Source of the DNA: Selaginella moellendorffii
Taxonomy: Eukaryota > Plantae > Lycopodiophyta
DNA: 64,000 nt
Assembly: GCF_000143415.4 (NCBI RefSeq)
Contig: NW_003314302.1
Location: 1,057,820 to 1,121,819 of the forward strand
Direction: 5' to 3'
Shown: positions 45,731 through 57,485 of the stretch, one piece after another
How positions within the stretch are numbered: the stretch's first letter is position 1
Layout of the letters: every line of letters starts with the position of its first letter
Notes under the pieces: generated by a model
Seen by the model: the letters and a program-made list of their open reading frames with translations, nothing else
Told to the model about the DNA's origin: nothing
Databases searched by the model: none
Made by a program: the position numbers and the translations under genes

Positions 45731-48700
45731 ATGGATTTGTTTGTGTTGGTTACATAAGGCGCACAAAGTAAAATTACAAGATCAGGTATGTTGTTGGCAA
45801 CTTTAATTTTTAATTGCATGAAATCTTGCTGTCGCTCCTCGTGACAACACAGCAGCGACGTGGAGAATCACTGCTGCTTAACCTCGTCTCTAGCCTCTTT
45901 GGCAACCTCTGCTAGAACCTCTACCAACATCCTAACCCAGGGCTGCCCACAAGTCGGACAACCCACACAGATTAGTTGATTTTGAGTGATTCTTGCTATG
46001 ATGCGCTCCTCAAACAATTGTAGTCACCACTGCACTACCAACCTCTGCTCCACATGCTCCAAGGCTATTGGACGAGGCATCCTTCCAAAAATTTTTCCTT
46101 TTATTTCACTCCCTTCACTTCTATATACAAGTTATGCCTGGAAATTGGTCATCCCCCCTGTCGTCAACCTCTGGCACCAAGGGATGCACCCTGTTTTCAG
46201 CCATATATTCCCTTATTCCCCCACTATAACCAAAAAAAGAAGGAAGAAACCCTGACTTTGACCAAGTCTTGTTCTTGAGCTGACTCTGGCCCTTGACATC
46301 ACCCCGGTGACAATTGTGCTCCATCCCCGGAGCACTCCTCTCTAGAGGGAACTTGGTAGTGCTGCAGTTGAGCTCCATTCACCAGTGTGAGCAAAGGATT
46401 ACCAGCAAAATCCTCCAGCTTGATTGAGCCATTGATATTCATAGCCTTCATGCGATAAGGCCCAATCTAGCGGATCTTAAGCTTTCCTAGACGCTTCCAG
46501 TACTTGCTCTCATACAGTAGCACGAGATCTCCTACCTGAAAACTCTTAGCCTGTAAATGACGATCATACCACTTCTTGCGTTGACATTGGAGAGCTTCAC
46601 GAGCTTGGAAAGCAAGGAGGCGAGTCTCATCCAGCACCACATCTGTGAAGGGAAGAGGAAATCCATCCCGCCTCGTTGCAGCATTAAGGTGGCGATAATT
46701 CACGCACACTCTAAGTTTACCATTCTTCTTCCGAACCACTACAATTGATGAGAGCCAATCTGTAGCCTCCACTTCTTCAATAAATCCTGCATCCAACAGC
46801 TTCTGAAGCTCTTCACGCACAGCCTTAGCATAGCTCAGATTCATCTTATAAGATCTTTGCCGTTGTGGCACTGCAAGGGAATCCTGTGTTGCACCAGCTC
46901 CAGATCTACTCCAGCAAGTTCAGCATAGCTCCATGCGAACACATCTTGAAACTCCAAAAATAGTTGACGATAAACTTCCACCTCCTCCTTGGTGAGTTGG
47001 TGTCCCACCAGTAACTCACGTTGCTCGTCACCAACTTACTCCATAAACACAGCCTGTGTCTGGGGTGCCCCTCCAAAATAATCTGAATCGACTTGAGAAC
47101 AAGCGGAAGTCTCCTTGAGTGGAAGATCAGCAACCTGCTTCTTAAAAAAATACCTGGGATAATTTCCTACTTCCAGCTCAGCTGTTGGCACCACTTCCAT
47201 GGAAAGTTGATGACCAGCTAGCTCTTGAGGTCCATCCCTAATCTGAATTGGCTGAGTTGGTGATGATTTGAGCATACTACAATCCTTGCATGCTGCCACT
47301 TCCTTGCTTTTTAACCTTGAAGGCTTCTCGACTTTCAGCATGTAAGAAAAGTGATAGTCAAATGCACTAATATCAGACAAGATGATTGTCCGAGATTGAT
47401 GATTATCATCTTCCACCACCAGAGTACCAGTCACATAGTCATGACTAGCCTGCACCTGGAAAAGCCAAGCTGCTCCCAAAGTAACTGGTACACTGGTCAC
47501 AGTGCCCTCGATCACATAAAAAGGCATCTTGTGAAAGTCTCCCTCACCAATCACCACGTTGGAACTCACGAGACCCAGCACTGGAAAAACTCCACCATCG
47601 GCACAAACAGAAATATAATGCCCAGGAAGAGCTGTAATCGCCAAGCCTGCTTGAGCTGCTCCATCTTTTGTCAAAAAGTTGCCAAGTGCTCCTGGATCCA
47701 CCATTGCTGTGAGTTCCACATTCTGAAAAAATGCTGTGAGATGCATTGCTTTGGTTCCTCCCATCCAGGCCTCAGAACTATCCACTATCTGGAACGCCAC
47801 TGGCATTGGCACAACTTGATTTTCAGCTCCTAATCCCAACACTGTGATAAAAATTTGCTCACTGGGCTCGTCGCCTTCTTCCATGCTGATCTACACTCTA
47901 TCACTGCCATGTGGATTTGGAATCCACAAGTGAAGCGGATCGTTCCACTGATGAGACACTCTTGCCGCCTTTAATAAATCTCGTCCCAGCAGGATATAGT
48001 TGTCCATTTTCCAGGGTGCCACTAGAAAATCCAAGTTGACTGGAAATTCTGGTATCTTGATCGTCAAACCTGGAACTCTATATACAATCTGCTTTAACTC
48101 TCCTGCTCGCATAGCCCAGCACGGCTGCTCCACTGGAATGCTTTGAGCTGTATGCTTGGGATGTATTAGAGCTGTCTTCATCCTCCTGTTCTGCCCCAAG
48201 TACTCGCTGTGCCCTAGGGTGAAAATGAACTTGGGCTTTAACACAATTATTGCCATCGCCAATGGCAAGAATTCCTGTGCCGCTTGGAGAAGCCAAGGAC
48301 ATCCGAGCAGCAGTGGATAGCCCAACATGCCCTCCTTCATCTTCAAGACCACAAAATCAATATGGAACACTAGACCAGCAATCTGAGTGCAAACACCGGC
48401 ACGATTCCTCTTGGCTGGACATGTCTCTAGTCGGCCATTTTAACCATAAATGGCACTAGAATTGGTTTTGGAAGATTGAACTTTTGCCATGTCTCCTCAG
48501 GCAAAATATTCACCCCACTTCCACCATCGATCACAGCGGGACGGATCAACTCGCCTTGCATCTCTACGTCTATACAGGGGGAACTGAGATCTGTGATAAG
48601 GGGCCAAGCTGAATTAACCAGTACTTCTCAATGTCCTTTCATGGCCACAGCCAACACTTTCCTCATGCCTGGAGCCAATTGCAAGAGCTGAGCAAATGTG

Positions 48701-51700
48701 ATATTCGGGCGTTGACTGTCTAAGTCTTGAAGAATATTGTATGGCTGCATTTCCAGATTCAACACGCGTTTCCACTTCCTATGTAGCGCCTTGGTGACTT
48801 CCTAGCCCTTGTCAAGAGCCCTAACTGGGGTAGCTAACTGGTTTATCTTGGTCATTTGTAGCCGGTGGATCTGATCTGGGCTGTTTGCTCCCTCTTTTCT
48901 CCTTGCGGTTCTTTCTTGCAATTTTCTTTAGGTCATCCTCTTCCTCAGCATCCTCAATTATAGAGTTCTCCATCTGTTGACACCTCCGTGCCCATGTCAT
49001 AACTCCAGATTCTAGTGCAGCTTGCTGGACAAAAATTGCATTGCTTTCTACAAGCCCCTTTCCCTTGCTTGGCTTGAGCTTATGTGGGCAATTGTCTTGC
49101 TCGTGCAAGCCCTGTGTCTGACAGATTCCACATATGGGCTGATACCCAATCTGCTTCTTGGGATGTGGACAGTTTGATGAAATGTGGCCCATCTCATCGC
49201 AATTCCAGCGTTGAACAGGTCCTCTACAGGGAGCTCCTTGTCCACGGCTACCTAGAATTGGTGCTGCTGCATATACTGGAATCATATCTGGCATATACCC
49301 TTGAATCACTGGCTCATAGCTCATGGTCTAGATTGGAGGAGAAAACGGGCGTTGAAACCAGGTCGATGCTCGAGCCGAAGATGGTGGTGATGATGGCGCA
49401 GTCTGGATGTAACTGGTAGGGATTGCTGGATTTCCTGGCTTGTAAAAACAATCCTTTGAGCGATGATTAGTTTGCCGGCAATACTGACACTTCTCTCGAT
49501 TCACTAGTGGCTGTGGACACTCATTTGGGTAGTGTTCATAATTGTTGCATCGCACACACCAAATGGTTTCTTGTTGCCGCATGTGGCCTGCTTTGTACCC
49601 CTCTGACCTAGTTCAATTGCAAGTTTTTGTCATGGCTTCCACCATGTCTTCCTTTGTTTTCTTCATCTCTGCTTGGATGTCCATTGTAGTTGCCGCTAGA
49701 TTTGGAACTACACTTGTTGAAGCTTGCCATTGTTGCTGTTGCTAGTAGCTATAATCCATCATCCCAAGACTTGTTCCAAAGACTCCAAAAGGCTGTTGTC
49801 TAATAGGTATTGGTTGTTGCGGTGTGCTTCCAGGTCCTCCCATCATAGAAGTCATCATTCCATCGCTGAAAGCTCCCAATCCAAGATTACTGAAGTGGTG
49901 TCTCATCTTGAGCTGCGCTTGTTACCAGGTTCCCGCCAGACAAATTGCATCGGCCAAGGTTTGTGGATTATGGCACGAGACATGAAAGCTAACTGCATGA
50001 GGCAAGCCATTTGTGTAATATTGTGCTTGTTCTTCTTCTATCGGCTGCGGTTGCTTCTTAAGGATCAATCCCTTGAACCTTAATGTATAGCTTTGTAAAC
50101 TCTCGCCTGGCAAGAGTTGGAAATGACTCAGATCACTTATGAGTCGCTGTGAAAAGCCTACCGGCCGAAAGGTAGCCAAAAAGGATGCCCTTAACGCTGC
50201 CCAATCTGTTGCTGTTGGAACTTGAGCCATCCATTCTGCAGCTATGCCCTGTAACGTGGCTGGAAAAAGTTTCTTGCAATCTGCTGCATCTGCCTCATCA
50301 TTTGCTGTAGACGTATTCTCGAATGCTGTCACGTGGGCATCTGGATCTCCCATACCATTAAAGATGGTATACTTCATTTTTGTCGTTGTCATATTCCCTG
50401 CTTGTTGCTACTGAGATTGTTGTACTTGTTGGATTGGTGGTTGTTGCTGTTGCTCTATTGGCTGTTGCTGTGGCAGTGACGACTGGAACTCCTGCCACTC
50501 GTCTTCTTGTTTCTGATTGTTCTCCTGCTCGCTGAGAGGACTGCTTGGCCGAGGATTTGCACTCCTCGCTCTTGGACTCTCAGGATTATGAACCAGTGGC
50601 AGATTTCTCGCAAGAATTCTCGCCTCTCTCTCACGTCTCTACTTCATTCGTCTTTCCTCTCGCTCTTATGCTTCTACAAGTCTCACCAAGTACTCTTGAC
50701 TTCTTTGGCTCATACACCAAAAGGCCACGGATTGTTTGAGGAATGGCCTCGATTTGGTGAGGGCATCCTGGCTTCTCTTGGCGCTCACCCTTCTACCACA
50801 ATCTCCACGCTCGCTTTGTTTCCCGGGCAATGCACCAAAAGATGTTGCTCCTCACGACAGCACACTAGCAATGTGGAGAATCACTGCTGCCTAACCTCAT
50901 CTGTAGCCTCTTCAGCGACCTCTGCTAGAACCTCTACCAACATCCTAACCCAGATAACTCACACAGATTGGTTGATCTTGAGTGATTCTCGCACTCCTCA
51001 AATAATCGTAGTCGCCACTGCACTGCCAACCTTCACTCCACACGCTCCAAGGCTATTGGACGAAACATCCTTCCAAAAATTTTCCCTTTTATTTCACTCC
51101 TTTCACTTCTACATACAAGCTATGCCTGGAAATTGGTCGTCCCCCCTGTCGTCAACCTCTGGCACTAAGGGATGCTTTTTGGTTATAGTGGGGGAATATG
51201 TGGCTGAGACTTTGACCAAGTCTTATTCTTGAGCTAGCTCTGGCCCTCGACACTTGCATAAAGAGAAAATCCTTGTTATTATAATTTACATGTTCCACCA
51301 ACTAAGCTCGAAAAGATGTGGCAACGTAAAGACAGAAATAAGGATGGTGTTTTAGGTTGGTACGAGTATGCCATGGATTATTTGGATTAGAAAATAATGA
51401 TGCTACCCAGCGCAATCCCATACAAAACCTTTGACTTTCAGTTTTTCCCAGAACACTATCATTGATCTTATTATGACGCTTGTGATGAAAATGAACTCCA
51501 CCCAATTAAGAACCCCATCACCAAGAACTGCCTGAGCCCAGAGAGGATCAAGGACAAAAGTGGCAGAAAATTGCAAATGTGGTTGTACAACGTGCAAGAT
51601 GCAAACAAAGATGGGAGGATCTACTTCAGCGAGTTTAGCCAAGCTTTTGTTTACTACCACCATAACAACTTTTGTACACATCGAGAGCCTAACAATGAGA

Positions 51701-51966
51701 CTGAAATCTTCATGAGGTTCAACTCAATCGACAGAGATCATGATGGTTTCTTGACTCCAGCTGATGGGCTTGCAGAGATTTTAGCAGCATACGAGGCTCC
51801 CCGCAATCCAAGCTTGTACGAGGCATGTCTCAAAGCAAAAGAGATTGTTCCATTCCCATTGGCAAGCTTGAAGGTGGAAGAGATTCTGGCTACAGACTGG
51901 ATTGCAAAGCTGATTCTGTTAGCAAAAGCAGATCGATCTCAGTTTGATGCCCTATGTGTGGCTAAT
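45731..51966 (+). pseudogene. Calumenin-like EF-hand copy G, split by a gypsy insertion at the intron-1 acceptor
   Basis: Exon 1 from 45731; exon 2 resumes ~51260 with deletions and a 30-bp inversion. Confidence 0.85.
45830..51252 (-). mobile_element. Internally deleted non-chromovirus Ty3/gypsy LTR retrotransposon
   Basis: LTRs 45830-46298 and 50843-51252 (TG..CA); perfect TSD CTTGC (45825-45829, 51253-51257); PBS TGGTGCATTGCCCGGGAA 50837-50820; gag 50392-49922; RT N-terminus fused to integrase GPY/F tail. Confidence 0.93.
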
Positions 51967-52689
51967 ATCTTGTTCATAAACCTTATTTTTCTGAAATTTC
52001 ATTTTCTTGATGAATCACTATTGGCCACTTGGGCACGTCCCTCAGCCTCCGCCAAAGCTCATTCTCCTTTTCAATCTGACGACGCTGGCGCATCTTCACC
52101 ATCTCCGAGTTCCTCGCTCTTTGGCTGCCTGAAAATTCCAATGGAAGTAGAAACTAGAAGGCACACATCACACCGCCGCTGCTGCTGCCCTGTTTATGTG
52201 TGGCTAATAACCACATTTTACTTCAGAACTTCCTAGCAATCTTTTTGAACGCTCTTAAAGTCATGTCTAAAATATATCTATATTGCACGATATGATCGGA
52301 CTTCCCTAAGGAATTGCACTGATCGTATGCCTCTCCAACTAGGCACAGTGTAACAGCCGGTTGGCTCATGATCCGAATCAAGGTCCTGCTACTTACACAC
52401 CAATGCCTGCTATATGAAAATCAACTACTGAAATAAAGAACCCATTCCATTAATAAATCAAAGGCTTCGACTTCTTCCATTGTGTGACTGCCTTGCAAGG
52501 CCTTCCAGGATGTAAATTCACTTGTATCCTCATGAGCCCATCTGGAATCTCTAGTACTATTGTGTTAACAAATCCGTTACCCAAGGCATATACTTTTGGA
52601 GTAATATGGTTATGTTGTTGGTTCTTTCAACGTCGCTTGGCTGCCACAAGCCCGTTAAAAACAAATCTTGAAGGTATTGTATTTTACAT

Positions 52690-53270
52690 TCCCACCAACT
52701 GAGCTCGATAGGAGGCTGATGTTTGGTTTAATAAGCAGTATGACATTCATGAAGAATTCATCTGGCAACGCAAAGACAGAAACAAGGATTGTGTTTTAGG
52801 CTGGTACGAGTATCTCATGAACTATCTGGATTGGAAGATGGTGACCCTACCCAAGGCAATCCCTTTTAAAAGCTGATTTTCCCATTGCCAAAACATTTAC
52901 AGATCCTGTTGCGATGATTGGGCGGAGTTCAAGAAGTGCCTGAGGATCAAGAGTGCAAGATGCAAACAAGGACGGGAGGATTGACTTCAGCGAGTTTAAC
53001 CAAGCTTTTGTTTACTACCACCATAACAACTTGTGTCTGCAACAATGAGTGTAAAATTTTCATGAGGTTCAACTCAATTGACAGAGATCGGGATGGTTTC
53101 TTGACGCCAGCGAATCGGCTTACAGAGATCTTCGTGATCCAAGCTTGTATGCTGAAGGCATGTCTCAAAGCATTTAGGAGATTGTTCCATTCCCATTGGC
53201 AAGCTTCAAGGTAAAAGAGATTCTGGCTACAGACTGGATTGCGCAGCTGATTCTGTTAGCGTTCGCGGTT
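52690..53270 (+). pseudogene. Calumenin-like EF-hand copy H (deleted)
   Basis: WQRKDRNKD..WYEY..DANKDGRIDFSE..FMRFNSIDRDRDGFLTPA pieces. Confidence 0.78.
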
Positions 53271-54173
53271 TGTCAAACCTGTCTATATCTTGTTGATAAA
53301 CTGAATTTCCATTTTTTCTGCATACTTTTGGCTTTCTAGCTAGGCATAGATCAGAAGAAAAGGAAACACAGACTAAACAGATTTGATGAATTGTTATTTG
53401 GGCACTCTGTTCTCACCGGAGTCCGTCTTTCTCAACTGAAAACTCGCAACGCTTGACCACGTAGGAACTGTAAAATGCCTAGAAAGAAACTTTCATCTCT
53501 AACAGCGTGTTGATCGAATGTCTTTCTGTGTGTTCGCTCGAGCAAAAGCCTCTTTGACATTCTCCGTCAGCCGGCCTTCGTGGGCACGTCCCAGCCTCCA
53601 CCAAAGCTCCTTCTTCTTTTCAGTCTGAGTTCCTCGCTCCTTGGCTGCCTGAAAATTCCTTTGGAATTTAAAAACTAGAAGGCACATATCACACCTGCAT
53701 TCTTTTCCTCGCGAGTTCGTGCTTATAGAGCGAGACTTGAGCTTCGTTTATTCTTGCTGTTGGACAAGCAAGCTTCTTTTATTCTTCATACATCACCCGT
53801 TGTCTATGCTGCAATCAATCATAGCATCAGCATCAGAAAAACCTTCACTTCCAAAAACTTCAGCTGAATGCTTGAAATTCGGCTCACCTCGTCCCTTGGC
53901 GACCATCTTCTCATTCCTATAAAAAAAGAGGAATGGCAACATATCCTAGAGACTGTGAACCTGAGCTGGGTTCCATGCGAGATTGGCCCTGCGCCTTCGC
54001 CGCTGCTGTCTCCCGCCCTAGTCTCCAGTATGCAATCGTCTAGGGAAAAAAAGAAAGAACACGCTCTTCCTCGCCACGCCGATTTCCAGCCACGCTCTTC
54101 TGTGCTCTCCAGCTAGCGCGCCGTGCCTCTTCCAAAGCCAAGCGCCCCCAGTAAAGAATGCAAGAGTCTAGAA

Positions 54174-54782
54174 TTAATCGAGATTAACTTCAACGAATTT
54201 CCATAATTGGTCAGCTCTTTTTTGACCAACTTCCACTGTAATCGAATTTGGTTTCTTGATGGACAGACTCAGATAAACGTTTGTGGTTGCCCGTATTACG
54301 TAGTAGCCTCCACGAACGTCTTCCGTACCCGAGTTCCATAATAAGTCCGAATCAGGAATCTCAAAATATTGTGTTATAATCACCTGGAATAAAAACATTT
54401 TAAAAAATAAAGCTTAAAAAACGATGATAAATACCTCTCCGGGTGACATGCCATGGTGAAGATAAGTTTGAGTCTCGAAATTCTTGAGGGAATATGCAAA
54501 TAGCCCACTTGAATCTCGTAACCGGCCCATGGCATATGAAAGCTCCCAAACCTTATAAAAAGGAAATTAAAAAAAAATTATAGAGAAATATTTTACCTGG
54601 TAGTTGTCATTATGATTAAGGTCCGCTAAAACAACAGTTCCAGTGCCATGATTAACAGAAATAACTTTAGAAGGATTGGTTGATGAAACAATGCGAACCA
54701 ATCTTACACCGTCCACAACAACTCGATCCAGTGATTCTACTGATTTTGTAAGTAAGAAGATAAAGAGGAGGTAACACAGCAT
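54174..54782 (-). CDS. Signal-peptide Euonymus-type (EUL, ricin-B fold) lectin, 170 aa, intact
   Basis: Exons 54782-54597, 54551-54435, 54383-54174 (introns 45 and 51 bp); NYQ|VW, RDSSGLFAYSLKN..LHH, LLWNSGTEDVRGGYYVIR and DQLWKF align with the EUL consensus; probable 5'-UTR intron ~54784-54847. Confidence 0.8.
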
Positions 54783-55229
54783 GCTAGCGAGAGAGAGGAG
54801 AGATGGTTAGAACAAATTCTTGGAGAAAGAAAGAGAGAGTAAGAGTACCTGTTGTGGTGTTGAATTCAGAGAGAAGTTGATGCTGCGTTTCCACTTTCCC
54901 TCGAGCTAAAGGGAAGAGCCTATAGCCTAGTGTTTTAGAAATGCTTACATTTATACTCCAACATAGACCTTAGTTGGTAGCCAACAAATGTTTGGTTGTG
55001 GCATGTTTAGTTAGTGATGTTTAGTTGGTTTGTTTGTTCATTCTCAAGTTGTGAGTGAGCTAGAGACTCTCCAACCCAGCACAAATTGAAAGAATCTGCA
55101 CGCTCGCCACCATCACTGAAAGAATTCGCAAACCTATTCAATGGCGAGATTTCAATGACAGGGTTAGGGTTTTAGTGAGTCAACGCGGTCGTAGCGATTC
55201 TATGGACGGGATTTGGACGAGCTCAACTT

Positions 55230-55480
55230 TGATGTTCCGAAACTTCACTGAGGAGAAGAGTTATCTTTTCTTTGTAATTGTTTTTATTCCTCTTTGTCCC
55301 AATCTACGTTGTGGAAACTTCACCGAAGAGGAAGAAGAGGTAACTGTTTTTAATTCACGAGATATACGTTGTGAAAACTTCACCGAGGAGGGAGATCCAA
55401 GCTCTTTTCTTTCTAATTATTTTAGTTCCATCAGGTAATGAGATCTACGTTGTGAATACTTTGAGAAGAGGTAACTCCAA
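55230..55480. repeat. Array of imperfect (TACGTTGTG)GAAACTTCACCGAGGAG units
   Basis: About 4 units; also at ~39640-39860 and inverted at ~35280-35470. Confidence 0.7.
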
Positions 55481-57485
55481 GCTCCAATTATTTTTAATCC
55501 TCTTCGTTTCATAAGGTATCACTCAGTTCTAAGGATTTCCTCCTGTTTTGGATGAATGGTCGAACGGATCCAAGCAGGAAGTTTATGTCGGCACGGTCTC
55601 ACGCGTCCTCGGTGAATGGCCAGTGCAGAACTAAACGGGCACTTAAGCTGCATGGAGCTGAACAGCTGTGGTGAGTTCGTGGTGTGGAGTAGTAGTGTCC
55701 AAGTTTGCCAGAATGATGATAACCTTATCTATAATTCTTTACAAGCTACTGCGTGTCAACAAAAAGGTGGTCAGATGCCAGAACTATACTGTGGTAAGAA
55801 AAGCTTATATACCCAAAGCACACGACACAGGCTTTGAATGCTTTGGCCGTCGGTGAGCGACATGAAAGGAACCCCAACGGTCGCAACTCATCAGGCATTT
55901 CGTTGTAGCTTATTCTTGCATGAAGAGGTAATTCCATGCTAACTTCATTTCATTCTTCTAAATGTATTGTTGTTTCTTGTTGTTTCAGTGGAGCTTATGT
56001 AAGGAAGAAGATTGAAACGATGGCGGGTATCAAAAGTCAATGTACATCTTTTTTCTTTTTTATTTAGGCAAGGATGGCTCTATTGATCTTTCAGGACCTG
56101 ATAGAGATTTAGAGGATTGTGCTTCAAAGGTCACTCTGGTGGACGCTCTTTGCAAGTCGGGCCAGCCTCATGAAGCGTATGGGCTGGGTGAAGAAGGGCT
56201 GCTCTCCGCTTTCGGTCTTGATGCTACTCAAAAAACATGTCTCAACGATAATCTTGGAAGTGCTGAATGCGCTGGAGACGAGGCCAAGGGGGACAGAAAA
56301 ACCAACACTTTTGAGTCTCTCAGAGCAGATGATCCATGAGGGCGGGGTTCCATGCGTCCCCCTTGGGAAACTGGTTCCATGCACGAATTGAGGGGAAGGG
56401 ACCCCGGCCCCCCGAAAATTTCTCCCGGGAATGCAAATTTAGCTTCGCTATGTTTTGGCAAAAGGAAAAATTAGGGATGGGTAATCAAATAATCCATAGC
56501 CATCCTTGTTTTTTTCTTTGCGTTGCCAGGTGAATTGGTCACTGGAAAGTCACGCGACCAAAGTCAGGTAACTCGTGTACTCGTGGCTCATTGCAATTGG
56601 GTGAAGTTGTTATGACGATGATCATGGATGACACACACATAAGTATATTTTAGGATATTCTCTAGCGGAAAAATACCAATATGAGTTGTCTTTATTTATT
56701 TAAAACTTAAAGCCTTTTTGAAAAAATGGCTGTGTTTTCAATCCATAAAGCATGAGACCGAGGTCACATAAGCTGCTTGTTAATGATTGCCTCCGCTAGA
56801 GGGTTGAGTATCTTTTTCTGTAGGTATTTTAGCAAGCGTCTTGTTTCTTCCAAAGGCCAAACAGTAAAAGGCTACATTAATGTGTGGATACTTCAAAACT
56901 TCTGAGGTTTTGTTCCAGAAACTCTTAAACACATTATCATCCACATCAAAAATCTTCAACCATGAGCAAATAGCATTGATGTGGTCTTCTCTTTGTTCGC
57001 TCGAGAGCTCTCTTCCCGCTCGCTCGCTCGCTCGCCGCCGGGTGGTTTCGAGTATCCACCTTCAAGCTTTGCGGTGCCACATCCGCTGCTAAGATCTCTG
57101 CAAGCCGGTCAGCTGGCGTCAAGAAACCATCCCGATCTCTTCATCACAGGCATCGTAAATAGGATTTGTGCCAGGAATTCGTTGTGAGAACTGACACGCG
57201 GCGTCATTTGCTTGGCCTTGTCCGACGTGTATTATCTGCCTTTTTTACAGGTATGTTTTAGGGCTAGAGCAGGCCGATCCGGCGCTGGCTGGGAGTTCAC
57301 TGGAATCCAATGGTACGCAGCTCGAATTCGTCACAGCCTGGATGAGGTGCTTGATTCCGAGCTTGAGAGGTATGTGGAGCCTCTTGGCTTGAGTGAGCTA
57401 TTCTTCGGCGAAACTTTCTTTGGGACGTTTGTAGAGCACTAGAACAGGAAATGCAAGAGGGAGAGGGGAGTGTTGGGTTGATTTT

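Noticed and set aside
50507-51232. 241-aa plus-strand ORF
   Set aside because: Lies across the gypsy LTR/leader; non-ATG start; not preserved in the other LTR.
55230-55480. Repeat-spacer pattern resembling a CRISPR array
   Set aside because: Eukaryotic context; repeats are degenerate and irregular; no cas genes.
57130-57400. Possible GST C-terminal-like fragment (LSDVYYLPFLQ..AWMR), also at ~41490-41710
   Set aside because: Too short and degenerate to assign without a search.
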